Below, one piece after another: positions 33,674 to 43,301 of a stretch of 64,000 nt of DNA (position 1 is its first letter; every line of letters starts with the position of its first letter). Below the pieces are notes generated by a model that was not told the DNA's origin, did not search any database, and worked only from the letters and a program-made list of their open reading frames with translations. This DNA is from a virus. Position numbers and translations under genes: made by a program. The stretch covers positions 1 through 64,000 of the IMG/VR virus record IMGVR_UViG_3300032285_003393; one strand, 5' to 3'.

Positions 33674-35515
33674 CTAAAGTATCGTAAAGTTGTCTATAAA
33701 TTTTGTTTCTGGATCTTGTTCTTCTTCCAGACCAAGGTAATCTCTTAGGCTTGAAGGCATACTAGGTCTTGGAGTATTTCTAATTACTCCATCATCTTTA
33801 TGTCCCGCAGCCATCTCACTCATAACCTCATCTTCATATTGATCGTATGAATAAACATGAACTTCAGAATCACCTTTAGGTGTTAATGATATCGCATTAT
33901 AAATTGCACCGCAAGTAGCATCCGCTAAGTCTTTTGAACCTTTGCGGGGGTGATCTACTTTATCACGCTTAACAATTCTTAATTCAAGAAGCTCATCAAT
34001 TAATAAATTAAGGCGTGGACCACTAACTCTTTCTTCCATAACTCCAAGCAACATGTCTTCATAATGTTTTTTTGCTACAGATAAAATTTCACTATTCATT
34101 CCATAAGACTTAATTTGTTCCATCATATCAAATGAATTCCAACGGTCAAATGTTACACGTTTAATATTAAATCCTCTTTGTTTTAAACTAATTATATAGT
34201 TTTTAACTTCTGTAAAATCAACTGTTTTCTCCTTGGTTGGGGTCCAATATCTGACTGCATCTACTACTACATGGGGTTGGGCATTTGTGTATGCTCCCGA
34301 CATTTTCATAGTAACCCATTTATCAACATGAGCCATAGAAACAGCACAATGGTCATGCTTCTGAGCTAAGTCCACATGGACATAGTAAAACTTATCTGGT
34401 TCTGGTTGAAACCAATCTTTAAACTGTCCGCTTTCATCTACAGCAATATTTAAATTATTAAATGCTTTTTCTACCTTTTCACGGGATGAAAATAAAGCAT
34501 CTACTGCTTCAGGTGGCATGCAAGCAAAACGAGAAAGTGCATCAATTGGATCAGAATAAAAATTCATAGCAAGATTTTCAATCTTGATAGTTGGATTAAT
34601 TTCCCATGTTGGTCTCTTTAAAGCAAAAACCCTTGGGGTTGTATAACTAATTATATGATCTTCTTCCCATTCAATATGAAATTCATTGCCTTCTGTTCCG
34701 TCAGGCAAATCTTCATCTACCTTAAAGGTATGCTTTCTTATTACAACTTCCTTATCAGCAATGACTTCATTATATCTTTGTTGGATATAATCATTTTTAA
34801 AGCGTGGGAAAGATAGTAAAATAAGCTTGCCAAATTGCGGGAAACGAGAGTCTACAGAGCCTCTAAACATCTTATAGATAGCAGAAGCTGTTTTAGCCTG
34901 TTCATTTCCACTTGTAGATTCTAAATCAAATCCAGAGATCTCATCAAGAACTGCAAATAAAAGGTTATAACCTTCCCAAGATTCTCTTTGGGAGTGACCT
35001 GAGTGGACCGTAACGCTTTTAACAAACTCTACACTGCCAACCTTTTCGTTGTATTTGCCAACAAACCATGGGCATCTTGTAATTCTATTTTTAAAACCTT
35101 TGAAGAAAACCTGTTGTGCTTGAACAGCATTAACAGCCACGTTGATAATATCAATTGCATCTCCTGGGGGTTTTCCATAATATCTTGCAGGATCTTTAAG
35201 ACATAGTAACAAATAAACCACATAAGCACAAGCAATAGTAGATGTATAGTCTTTACCAGAACCTTTACCTAATTGAAAGATAACTTCATTACAAGTTTGC
35301 TTCCAGCGTTTATCACCTTCTTCTTCCCCATATAGTTTAATTAAAGTCTCATGTTTGTAGATTTGCGTTGAAGCTTTAATCATTTGATACTGATAAGTTG
35401 ATAGTGGTGGAAGGGCTAGGTAATCGTTTGAAGTAACAAATTCTTCAATATCTACAGGAGTTTCTTCAAAAGCATCTTCTTCAAGTGCTTCTAGAAAATC
35501 ACTAAAATCATTCAA
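33674..35515 (-). CDS. terminase large subunit
   Basis: Walker A LGKGSGKD, Walker B VLDEI, nuclease HVDLA...FDRW...KDLADA. Confidence 0.9.
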   Translation of the reverse strand: MNDFSDFLEALEEDAFEETPVDIEEFVTSNDYLALPPLSTYQYQMIKASTQIYKHETLIKLYGEEEGDKRWKQTCNEVIFQLGKGSGKDYTSTIACAYVVYLLLCLKDPARYYGKPPGDAIDIINVAVNAVQAQQVFFKGFKNRITRCPWFVGKYNEKVGSVEFVKSVTVHSGHSQRESWEGYNLLFAVLDEISGFDLESTSGNEQAKTASAIYKMFRGSVDSRFPQFGKLILLSFPRFKNDYIQQRYNEVIADKEVVIRKHTFKVDEDLPDGTEGNEFHIEWEEDHIISYTTPRVFALKRPTWEINPTIKIENLAMNFYSDPIDALSRFACMPPEAVDALFSSREKVEKAFNNLNIAVDESGQFKDWFQPEPDKFYYVHVDLAQKHDHCAVSMAHVDKWVTMKMSGAYTNAQPHVVVDAVRYWTPTKEKTVDFTEVKNYIISLKQRGFNIKRVTFDRWNSFDMMEQIKSYGMNSEILSVAKKHYEDMLLGVMEERVSGPRLNLLIDELLELRIVKRDKVDHPRKGSKDLADATCGAIYNAISLTPKGDSEVHVYSYDQYEDEVMSEMAAGHKDDGVIRNTPRPSMPSSLRDYLGLEEEQDPETKFIDNFTIL

Positions 35516-36032
35516 CGTTAATTACCTCTACCTTATTTGTAACCTGAGATAGTCTACGAGCAACTTCTTGCTTACAATTTGGGCAAGATGAAGTTACATC
35601 TCTCAATATTCCAACCAATACTTCTTGCTTTCTTTCAGTTTCAAGAATCTGATCTGCCATATCGTTCTTTTCAAGAACTCCCGCTTTTTGAAGCATATCA
35701 ATACGCTTTTGTTCAACATCAGCAATAAGCTTGAGAGATTGAGCTTTTACGTTTAGTGCATCCTGAGCATCTGCCTGATGAACTGTATTCCAAGCTTCAT
35801 TGATAATCATTGAATAGTGTTGATCTGCAGCACCTAGTGCTTCTCTTGCTCTTTCTTTAATCCCAGAGTCGCCTTGAATAAGTTCACGCCAATTATTTAA
35901 TAATTGGGTAACCTGAGCAGGTTTAATTGCAAGTTGTTTAGCAATTTGATTTGGATTATTACCTTTAATAAACTCAGAAACAACTTTGTTCATTTGTTCA
36001 AAGTGATCTGATAATTCTACTACATTGTCCAT
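35508..36032 (-). CDS. putative terminase small subunit
   Basis: N-terminal HTH, helical, directly upstream of terL. Confidence 0.6.
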   Translation of the reverse strand: MDNVVELSDHFEQMNKVVSEFIKGNNPNQIAKQLAIKPAQVTQLLNNWRELIQGDSGIKERAREALGAADQHYSMIINEAWNTVHQADAQDALNVKAQSLKLIADVEQKRIDMLQKAGVLEKNDMADQILETERKQEVLVGILRDVTSSCPNCKQEVARRLSQVTNKVEVINVE

Positions 36033-36209
36033 TTATCCTCCTGTTGAATAAAAGCCTGGACCATTAAAATGTATTCCAAATGTTCCATATACTCTTATCA
36101 TTTTACATGCACATGAGGGGCATTCTGGAAGCACTTCCTCATCGTTAAATCCCCGTGTTATTTCTTGCTTCTTATCGCATTCAATGCATGCGTATTCATA
36201 AATTGGAAT
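36033..36209 (-). CDS. FmdB-family Zn-ribbon protein with apparent ATT start
   Basis: PIYEYAC..C...CPSC...F.G.GFYST; ATT where ATG is expected. Confidence 0.75.
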   Translation of the reverse strand: MPIYEYACIECDKKQEITRGFNDEEVLPECPSCACKMIRVYGTFGIHFNGPGFYSTGG

Positions 36210-36210
36210 T

Positions 36211-36648
36211 TTATTTTTCTCCCTTACAACTGCAGGTTGCACAATGTGGTGGCAACCAAGTTCTTCTAACATTTTCTGATTGCGTAACTGCCTCTAAGTG
36301 ATCTGGATTTATGCAAGATCTTTTTCTACAAGAATGGTCTATTACCAATCCTTTTTCTATTTTGCCCTTTGCCAATTCATACGAAACTCTATGAGCAGGA
36401 TAGCTATGCTGTTGCATATAAAATATTCCATAGCCAAGATGACTTTTAGCTCCAGTATATATCCAACATCCAACTTCATCAATGGAATATCTTTTAAGAA
36501 TGTCTTCTGGATAATTTCTTTTTTTGCCTTTTTGAGAACATTCTTTGCAAGTGGTTCTATATTTATCAGAATCACTTTTTACAGGATAAAAGTTTTTTCT
36601 ACTTTCTTCCTTAGATATCCCACATTTTTTACATATTCTATAATTCAT
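36211..36648 (-). CDS. HNH endonuclease
   Basis: GCW...GYG...AHRVSY...IDH.C..RSCINPDHLEAVT..EN. Confidence 0.9.
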   Translation of the reverse strand: MNYRICKKCGISKEESRKNFYPVKSDSDKYRTTCKECSQKGKKRNYPEDILKRYSIDEVGCWIYTGAKSHLGYGIFYMQQHSYPAHRVSYELAKGKIEKGLVIDHSCRKRSCINPDHLEAVTQSENVRRTWLPPHCATCSCKGEK

Positions 36649-36710
36649 AATATCACAATTATAACATATATGCCTATACTGGCATAATAGGCATAGTTAA
36701 TTATACTCCT

Positions 36711-37253
36711 TTATTCCTGCCCTGTCAATGCCTTTAGACTTGGAGCATTTCTATCTTTTTCAGATAAAATAGGATTTTCAGTCACCCAATCAATGTTTAT
36801 GTCTGCATCAAGTGGATTAATTTCTTTTTCAAAAAATGGAGAATATTTAGATGATAGCAAATAAACTATAGTTGCTGATTCACTTAATACTTCAAATCCA
36901 TGTGCTAATCCCACATCTATAAAGGATACTTTACCTGACCCGCCTTCAAGCTCTATGACATCATATTCTCCAAAAGTAGGAGAATCTAATCTAATATCTA
37001 CTGCTACATCTCTAATTTTTCCATGTACACAAATAACCATTTTTGCTTGACCATCTAAGGAAGAGCTGTAATGCATTCCACGAATAACACCCTTTTTAGA
37101 AGTTGATGTATTTGCCTGTACTGGTTGAAAATCACCAATCTCATCGTCATTTTCATATTGAGTAAACCATTGTTCAAAGTATCCACGCTCATCTAAATGC
37201 ACAGGTACATCAATTTCATAAAAGCCAGCGATCTTGGTATTTTTAATAGACAT
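36711..37253 (-). CDS. rmlC: dTDP-4-dehydrorhamnose 3,5-epimerase
   Basis: DERGYF, S.KGVIRGMH, Q.K.V, VDIR.DSPTFG, GLAHGF. Confidence 0.92.
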   Translation of the reverse strand: MSIKNTKIAGFYEIDVPVHLDERGYFEQWFTQYENDDEIGDFQPVQANTSTSKKGVIRGMHYSSSLDGQAKMVICVHGKIRDVAVDIRLDSPTFGEYDVIELEGGSGKVSFIDVGLAHGFEVLSESATIVYLLSSKYSPFFEKEINPLDADINIDWVTENPILSEKDRNAPSLKALTGQE

Positions 37254-38270
37254 CTAGAGTGCCAACCATTCTGAATGGGCAAGTGTCCAATCTACAGTTT
37301 TTTGAAGTGATTCTTCAAATGAATATGGTGGAGTCCATCCTGCATCTGCCATTTTTTGTCCACTTAATGCATATCTCAAATCATGACCTGGACGTGATTG
37401 ATTAAAGTCTACAATTTCATATTTCAATTCTCTGTTCATACATTTAGCAACCGCTTGAGCAATTTCTAAATTAGTAAGTTCGTCTTTCCCAACAATGTTC
37501 CACTTTTCAGGAACTGATGCTTCACCATATTTAGGAAAAGGTTGCTTTAGAACATGAAGAATTCCATCTGCTTGATTCCTAGCATGCAAGAAATATCTAC
37601 TTCCAATTTCTCCAGTTTTTGAATCCCCGTGAACTGTTACAGTTTCATTGTTAAAAATCTTTTTAATAATCATTGGAACATATTTCTCAGAATCTTGAGT
37701 TTCACCAATTATATTCATTGTATTGGTAATTGCTATAGGTAACCCATAGGTTCTCCAGTATGAAAAACAAATATCTTCTTGTGCTGCTTTTGATGCAGCA
37801 TATGGATTACTTGGAAGATGTAAGTCAACCCACTCTTTATGCTCATAACCTTCTTCAGCTGGGCCGTAAACCTCATCTGTTGATACTTGAACAATCTTTT
37901 CAATTGAAGGCTGTGTTCTTGCCCAGTCTAGAAGATGACAAATTAAAGCAACATTATTAAGAATAAAATTTGCTGGATCTTCAATACTACGCTTAACGTG
38001 GCTTTCACTTGCTACATTAACTACATAATCAATTCGTCCCCACATTGCTGATGTAACAGGAGACACGGGAGCTGTTAAGTCTGTTTTAATTACTTTAACA
38101 CGTTTAAATGCATCTTCAATTCCATCTGTAGCAACTCTAATTCTATCTTGTATGCCTTTATGAGTAAAGGTTGTTGGACATACTATTTCCCAGTCTGTAT
38201 TAACTAGGAAGTGTCGTAAGACGTGGCTTCCAACAAAGCCTGATGCTCCTGTTAGTAATACTCTTTTCAT
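37254..38270 (-). CDS. rmlB: dTDP-glucose 4,6-dehydratase
   Basis: TGASGFVGS, ASESHV, STDEVYG, PYAASK, RPGHDLRYAL. Confidence 0.92.
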   Translation of the reverse strand: MKRVLLTGASGFVGSHVLRHFLVNTDWEIVCPTTFTHKGIQDRIRVATDGIEDAFKRVKVIKTDLTAPVSPVTSAMWGRIDYVVNVASESHVKRSIEDPANFILNNVALICHLLDWARTQPSIEKIVQVSTDEVYGPAEEGYEHKEWVDLHLPSNPYAASKAAQEDICFSYWRTYGLPIAITNTMNIIGETQDSEKYVPMIIKKIFNNETVTVHGDSKTGEIGSRYFLHARNQADGILHVLKQPFPKYGEASVPEKWNIVGKDELTNLEIAQAVAKCMNRELKYEIVDFNQSRPGHDLRYALSGQKMADAGWTPPYSFEESLQKTVDWTLAHSEWLAL

Positions 38271-38887
38271 TAAAAATTATCTCCCAAACATTCTTCTATA
38301 TTGACCCATGTGTTTTCTTCACACATTTTTTGATAAATGGATCCATCGCTTGTGCCTTCATAACGATACCAAAAGTTATACTTAGCCCATAAATCTTTAT
38401 GTGCTACTAACTGCATGGCATCAATATTACATAATACTGGTGGAATTCCTCTAAAAGGTTGTCCATTAAAAGCTTTATAATGCCTTACTGTAAAGATTAT
38501 TATATCAGATTTTGTTTCTTCTATTTTGTTTTTAATAGTTTCAAAAGCATTTGTCTCAAATTGATTATCTATATTAAACTGAATATAGTAATCACATTCT
38601 GGCAAATTCTCATATGCATATCTCATAGCATAATCTCTAGAGTAATGACCCCATTCACCTTTCCATTCAGGTGTATTTATTATATTAGGTGTTATGCCTA
38701 ATTCATTAAATCCCGCCTCTTGATCGTAAGGATATTTTTTAGGACCATCATGACAAATAACAATATCAAAGTTTTGATATGTTTGTGCTGCTATTGTTTT
38801 AAGACCTTCAATCATTCCATTTCTAGGGACGTGATTCTCATAATCTACAGCAATAATAGCAAATCTTGGGGGTTTTACCTCCGCCAT
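38270..38887 (-). CDS. GT2-like glycosyltransferase
   Basis: QTYQNFDIVICHDG...WGH..R...NIDN. Confidence 0.8.
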   Translation of the reverse strand: MAEVKPPRFAIIAVDYENHVPRNGMIEGLKTIAAQTYQNFDIVICHDGPKKYPYDQEAGFNELGITPNIINTPEWKGEWGHYSRDYAMRYAYENLPECDYYIQFNIDNQFETNAFETIKNKIEETKSDIIIFTVRHYKAFNGQPFRGIPPVLCNIDAMQLVAHKDLWAKYNFWYRYEGTSDGSIYQKMCEENTWVNIEECLGDNF

Positions 38888-39531
38888 TCGTTTTGTCTCC
38901 TTCTTTCTAATTCCCAGCCTCTACAAGAATAATCTGCAGTTGCTCTTTTTTGATCTAAATAGGCACGGTTTGCTTCAAATGTATAACCATTCCTAATTGC
39001 ATAATGAACATCGCTATTTATTGTTAAGGAATTTCCAAAGCTTTCTACGGGAACAATATCTCCTAGTACACCGCCTTCAGCAATTATTCCTTCCAAGGTC
39101 ATTCTCTCTTCATAATCATTATCTTCAAAATAAGCTGGATAAATATACTCATCAAATAGACCTACACGCTTTACAATATTCTCTCCAAGAGTGAAACAAT
39201 TGTAAGATGCAGTAGATCTTACCATCCTATCTGAATTGCTGAGGTCGTTAAACTTTGGCAATGTTTCAGGTAAGAATTTTGTATCTACAGATGAGAACAT
39301 CCAGTATTGAGCATATGGATAAAGCTTAATACCTAAATTCCAAGAACCAGATACACCTAAGTTTGAAGGAAGATTTAAAACTCTAACATTTAAATCTTCT
39401 CTCTTAGATTCATACTTTTCTTCACCATTGTTAATAATAAGAATTTCTTCTATTGGATAATCAATAGAAGCAAGTGCTTGATCTAATAGGTCATACCTAT
39501 TTAAAATTGGAATTATCAGTACTGGAATCAT
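38875..39531 (-). CDS. GT2-like glycosyltransferase
   Basis: NLGVSGSWNLG, VGLFDE..YPAYFEDNDY. Confidence 0.85.
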   Translation of the reverse strand: MIPVLIIPILNRYDLLDQALASIDYPIEEILIINNGEEKYESKREDLNVRVLNLPSNLGVSGSWNLGIKLYPYAQYWMFSSVDTKFLPETLPKFNDLSNSDRMVRSTASYNCFTLGENIVKRVGLFDEYIYPAYFEDNDYEERMTLEGIIAEGGVLGDIVPVESFGNSLTINSDVHYAIRNGYTFEANRAYLDQKRATADYSCRGWELERRRQNEWRR

Positions 39532-40151
39532 TTTTGTTTTTGCACAGCCAATACTATATTGTCATACAAGCCATAAATATCATCTTTTACCATATCATTC
39601 ATATTGATTAAAAATACTTTGTGTCCCATTGATTCCAAGCTTTTTGCAAACTCTACTGCCTTTTCTTCATCTTGAAGTTTAATATCTTCAACTATGTACC
39701 AGCCTCCAATATTTAACCATTTTGGAAACGTTTTATTTAAAGTATCAACAATATTTTCCCACATGTGAGAACCATCGTCAACAATCATTTCATATCTTTG
39801 ACCCTTTAGTATATGATAAACATAGTCAAAAGATGGAAGAGAGTTCTGGTCTACAAATAAAGTTCTAATATTATGCTCCTGGAATAAAAATGCTTGATTA
39901 TTATCCAAGCCTACAACATCTACTCCCTGAAAGATTTTTCTCCACGATCTAAGTGAAGCTCCTTGATAAACTCCAACTTCAAGAACATCATTTACAGTAT
40001 CTTCATCTTTAAACAATGCTGCATAAACATCATGATAGTTGTGTCTGTCTGATGATTTATCTGCCCCATATTCTTCAAATACACTTTTAAATCTTTCAAT
40101 TTTTTCTTTTGTTGGGGTCCCTGTATATTCATATAGGTCTTTTAAAACCAT
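39528..40151 (-). CDS. SAM-dependent (sugar O-)methyltransferase
   Basis: DK...HNY...VLEVGV..GASL..W...DQ...IVDDGSH...YIVED. Confidence 0.85.
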   Translation of the reverse strand: MVLKDLYEYTGTPTKEKIERFKSVFEEYGADKSSDRHNYHDVYAALFKDEDTVNDVLEVGVYQGASLRSWRKIFQGVDVVGLDNNQAFLFQEHNIRTLFVDQNSLPSFDYVYHILKGQRYEMIVDDGSHMWENIVDTLNKTFPKWLNIGGWYIVEDIKLQDEEKAVEFAKSLESMGHKVFLINMNDMVKDDIYGLYDNIVLAVQKQK

Positions 40152-40783
40152 TCGTTTTCTCTCCTTCTTTTTAAGTTCCAGCCTTTGCAAGTATAGTCAC
40201 CGCTCAAAACTTTAGAACGATAATAATCTCCATTAAGCTGATATGTTTTATTGTTTTTTATAGCAAAGTTTTCATTGCTTCTAACTGTTTGCGATCCGCC
40301 GTGTGCATCAATTTCTGCTCCATGTACGGGAGTTGTTTCAATTCCCAACTGTGTTGCTCTGTCATTATAATCATTGTCTTCATAATAAGCGGGATATATA
40401 TATTCATCAAATAATCCAACTTTTTCTACTACTTGCTCACCTAATGAAAAACAATGAAATCCTGAAACTAATTTAAATTTATCTGGACCACTTTGAGAAC
40501 AAATTTTTTCTAAAGTCCCAGGCATAAAACTTGTATCGTTTGACGATATTAACCACCAAGGTTTATGAGGATAGCTTTTAATTCCTAAATTCCAAGATCC
40601 CGATGTCCCTAAATTTGATGGCATATTTAAAATTGTTATATTTAAATGTGAGAAATTAGGCTCATATTTTTCAATACCATTATTAATTATTAAAATATCT
40701 TCAATTGGATAGTCAATTGAAGCAAGTGCTTCATCAAGTAAATCATATCTATTTAGCACAGGAATAATTAGTGCTGGAATCAT
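40142..40783 (-). CDS. GT2-like glycosyltransferase, paralog of 38875..39531
   Basis: near-identical N-terminus; YPAYYEDNDY. Confidence 0.85.
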   Translation of the reverse strand: MIPALIIPVLNRYDLLDEALASIDYPIEDILIINNGIEKYEPNFSHLNITILNMPSNLGTSGSWNLGIKSYPHKPWWLISSNDTSFMPGTLEKICSQSGPDKFKLVSGFHCFSLGEQVVEKVGLFDEYIYPAYYEDNDYNDRATQLGIETTPVHGAEIDAHGGSQTVRSNENFAIKNNKTYQLNGDYYRSKVLSGDYTCKGWNLKRRRENEWF

Positions 40784-40923
40784 TTCTTTTTTAATCCATA
40801 CTTCTCTAGGTATCTTACTATTGTCATATGGCTACATCCCGCTTCTTTAGCAATTGTAACCACATCTTTTCTTTGAACTATATATCTACTATATAGCCAA
40901 TCTTTATTCTCATACAGCTTCAT
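40780..40923 (-). CDS. 47-aa HTH DNA-binding protein
   Basis: hand-translated LYENKDWL...IAKEAGCSHMTIVRYLEKYGL. Confidence 0.7.
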   Translation of the reverse strand: MKLYENKDWLYSRYIVQRKDVVTIAKEAGCSHMTIVRYLEKYGLKKK

Positions 40924-41470
40924 TTACTGCCCACCATGCGATCCCTGTTGCATCTGCAACATTGTTGTTGTCTGTATTAACCCCAAGTGTTCTGACAAAG
41001 TCTATTGTTTTTTGTTTTCTTTTTTCTCTGACTTTGTTTTTGTACCAGGAATCTGTTTTTCCTGGGAACTCTTTTTTGACGGCTTCCTTTTCAGATTTTG
41101 TAAAATTAGGATTGTTGATGAAGCCCTGCCATTTAAGCGGGTGGACTTCAATAATTTTGATATCATTATCTATCAACTCCCCTATAATTGTACCAAACAC
41201 ATAGGCCATTTTCAAACCAGTTGCTACTGATTTTACTGAAACTGCTGCTTCTAAAGCTATAAAGTCATAATCTAAATATTGTTTTACAGAATGTACTTTC
41301 TTCTTTGCATCAAGAATTCTTTCATACACACTATCTCCTTCAAAAATAACTTCTCCCCATTTTACAGGTTTGTTTTCATCCATAAGACAAAAAGCTATGC
41401 TATGGGTACTTGCATCTATTCCTAAAACTTTCTTTGCTTTAGGCTTTACTAAGTCAGATAGAGAACCCAT
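40910..41470 (-). CDS. ruvC: RuvC-like Holliday junction resolvase
   Basis: LGIDAS, IALE, VHP..W, N.ADA.GI. Confidence 0.8.
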   Translation of the reverse strand: MGSLSDLVKPKAKKVLGIDASTHSIAFCLMDENKPVKWGEVIFEGDSVYERILDAKKKVHSVKQYLDYDFIALEAAVSVKSVATGLKMAYVFGTIIGELIDNDIKIIEVHPLKWQGFINNPNFTKSEKEAVKKEFPGKTDSWYKNKVREKRKQKTIDFVRTLGVNTDNNNVADATGIAWWAVNEAV

Positions 41471-41744
41471 TTAATATCCTCAACACTTCTTGTCTTTCAT
41501 TTTCACGCTCTTTTGATAAGCATGATCCACAAATATCTCCTGCATTATACATGGTTAACTCAAACTCACAGCCTCTATTTTTGCAATACCTTTTCTTGCC
41601 TGCAAGCCTTTGCTTTCTATCTTGATACTTCTTTTTAATATTAAGATTAGTAGCAATCTTGCAACACTCATCTGAGCAATATTTTTGGTTATGAGTTCTA
41701 GGCTCAAATTTATTCTTGCAAGGCTTATATGCACATTTAATCAT
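41454..41744 (-). CDS. Zn-finger protein
   Basis: multiple CxxC-like pairs. Confidence 0.7.
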   Translation of the reverse strand: MIKCAYKPCKNKFEPRTHNQKYCSDECCKIATNLNIKKKYQDRKQRLAGKKRYCKNRGCEFELTMYNAGDICGSCLSKERENERQEVLRILNGFSI

Positions 41745-42526
41745 TTTGGAACCACCATCAAAGGATACTCTACATCCCCAAGATCATTTTTCATTTCTTT
41801 CCAGCAAACTTTCTTGACTGGACAATACGAGCAAGGCATTCTTGTTTTGCTCTCTGAAGGTCTATTTGGAAGAGTTTGATCTTGATAAAGCTTATAAACT
41901 CCACGCAACCAGTCAAAAACATAATCAATAATCTCTTCATTTTTTTTATCAAAATTAATTAAAATCCAAAGTGCTGAATTATCATTTTTATTCTCATAAA
42001 GAAAAGCCCCTTGCTTATATCCTTTTATCTTCATGTAAGTAAGCAATTGAACTCTATGGTTGTCTGTTGGCTGAAGAGTCACTGATTTAGAAGTCCAGAC
42101 TTCGTCTTTAGCAGATTTAATTTCTATTGGGTATTCTGCTTCTCCATCAGTTATAAGTGTATCCATAAATCCATGGATTGGTGGATCATCGTATGTCATA
42201 TCAATTTCATGAGCAACAACTTTATAAGTCTTATCCATCTTACTTAAACGTTCTTGCAAACGATCATGGACATAGTTTCCATTTTCCATGTTTGCTTTAC
42301 CCTGTGCAGTTGCAGTATCTTCAAACTCTGCTCCATTAAAAGCAATATACCAGTACCTAGCACAATTACCATGACCATACCCTATTGTTGATGGGGCAAA
42401 GGTTTTCTTTTGAGTAAATCCCGCTTTGCTTTCGTAAGTACTATTAAACTCTTCTGCAAGCTTATAAACATTAAGACCTTCCTTAACGCTATCTACTCTT
42501 TTATTTACTAATCTTCCAATACCCAA
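41741..42526 (-). CDS. Cas4-like PD-(D/E)XK exonuclease
   Basis: C.R.W, G...H, GFMD, EIKS, QL..Y, C..CP...VC. Confidence 0.85.
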   Translation of the reverse strand: MGIGRLVNKRVDSVKEGLNVYKLAEEFNSTYESKAGFTQKKTFAPSTIGYGHGNCARYWYIAFNGAEFEDTATAQGKANMENGNYVHDRLQERLSKMDKTYKVVAHEIDMTYDDPPIHGFMDTLITDGEAEYPIEIKSAKDEVWTSKSVTLQPTDNHRVQLLTYMKIKGYKQGAFLYENKNDNSALWILINFDKKNEEIIDYVFDWLRGVYKLYQDQTLPNRPSESKTRMPCSYCPVKKVCWKEMKNDLGDVEYPLMVVPK

Positions 42527-42856
42527 TTAAGCACCAAACCTAGCTGAATACTTTAATGCATCAACTAGTTTGTCAATAGCATCTGCTGCAGTATAGTAGG
42601 TATTCTTTCTTTTTGAAGCTTCCCCACCTTTTTCAAAGGTAGTGTAATATCTTGCTTGCATAGCAAACTTAGAACTGATTGCTTGTAACTGGACAATAAG
42701 CGAAGGAGCTTTAGTTGATGGAACATCAGGCTTAGTAATTAATTTAATTATAAGGTCTAACGCTGCATCTAAATCTTTGTCATTCATAAACTCAGACATA
42801 TCGTTGAATTCTGTAACAACACTAACCTGTTCTATGACTGTTGGCTGTTCCGCCAT
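42527..42856 (-). CDS. hypothetical protein
   Basis: ORF track. Confidence 0.75.
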   Translation of the reverse strand: MAEQPTVIEQVSVVTEFNDMSEFMNDKDLDAALDLIIKLITKPDVPSTKAPSLIVQLQAISSKFAMQARYYTTFEKGGEASKRKNTYYTAADAIDKLVDALKYSARFGA

Positions 42857-43143
42857 GCTTCCTCCATCTGTTCAAATAATGACCACTCAATTACTGCAAG
42901 TCTAGTTTTTTGTTTTTCTTCCCCAAGTATTAGTTTTAAGACTGGATACTTTTCACGAGATACTTTAAATGTATCTGTACATATCTTTGCCCAGATTTCT
43001 CTACTGATGGAAATAGACTTTGAATATTCTTTATAATCTACTACAAAATCATTCCAGATAGCATCACCTTTTTGATAAGCTCCACGACCTGAATTTTTTT
43101 GTGCCTTTGCACCGTCACGCTTTACTTCTCCTCTTTCAGACAA
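42832..43143 (-). CDS. PD-(D/E)XK resolvase-like nuclease
   Basis: NSGRG..KGD....VDYKE. Confidence 0.7.
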   Translation of the reverse strand: MSERGEVKRDGAKAQKNSGRGAYQKGDAIWNDFVVDYKEYSKSISISREIWAKICTDTFKVSREKYPVLKLILGEEKQKTRLAVIEWSLFEQMEEAWRNSQQS

Positions 43144-43301
43144 AAGATTGCTCCGATCTGTGATTATTCTTACAGATCCAAAACATTAAACCTTTGTTTG
43201 AATTCCACCAAGCAAAGTCAACATCAAGGTCGCAATATTTACATCCATAACGACCATACAACTTTTCACAACCTGGTTCATCTTTAGGCTGCATGAAATT
43301 A

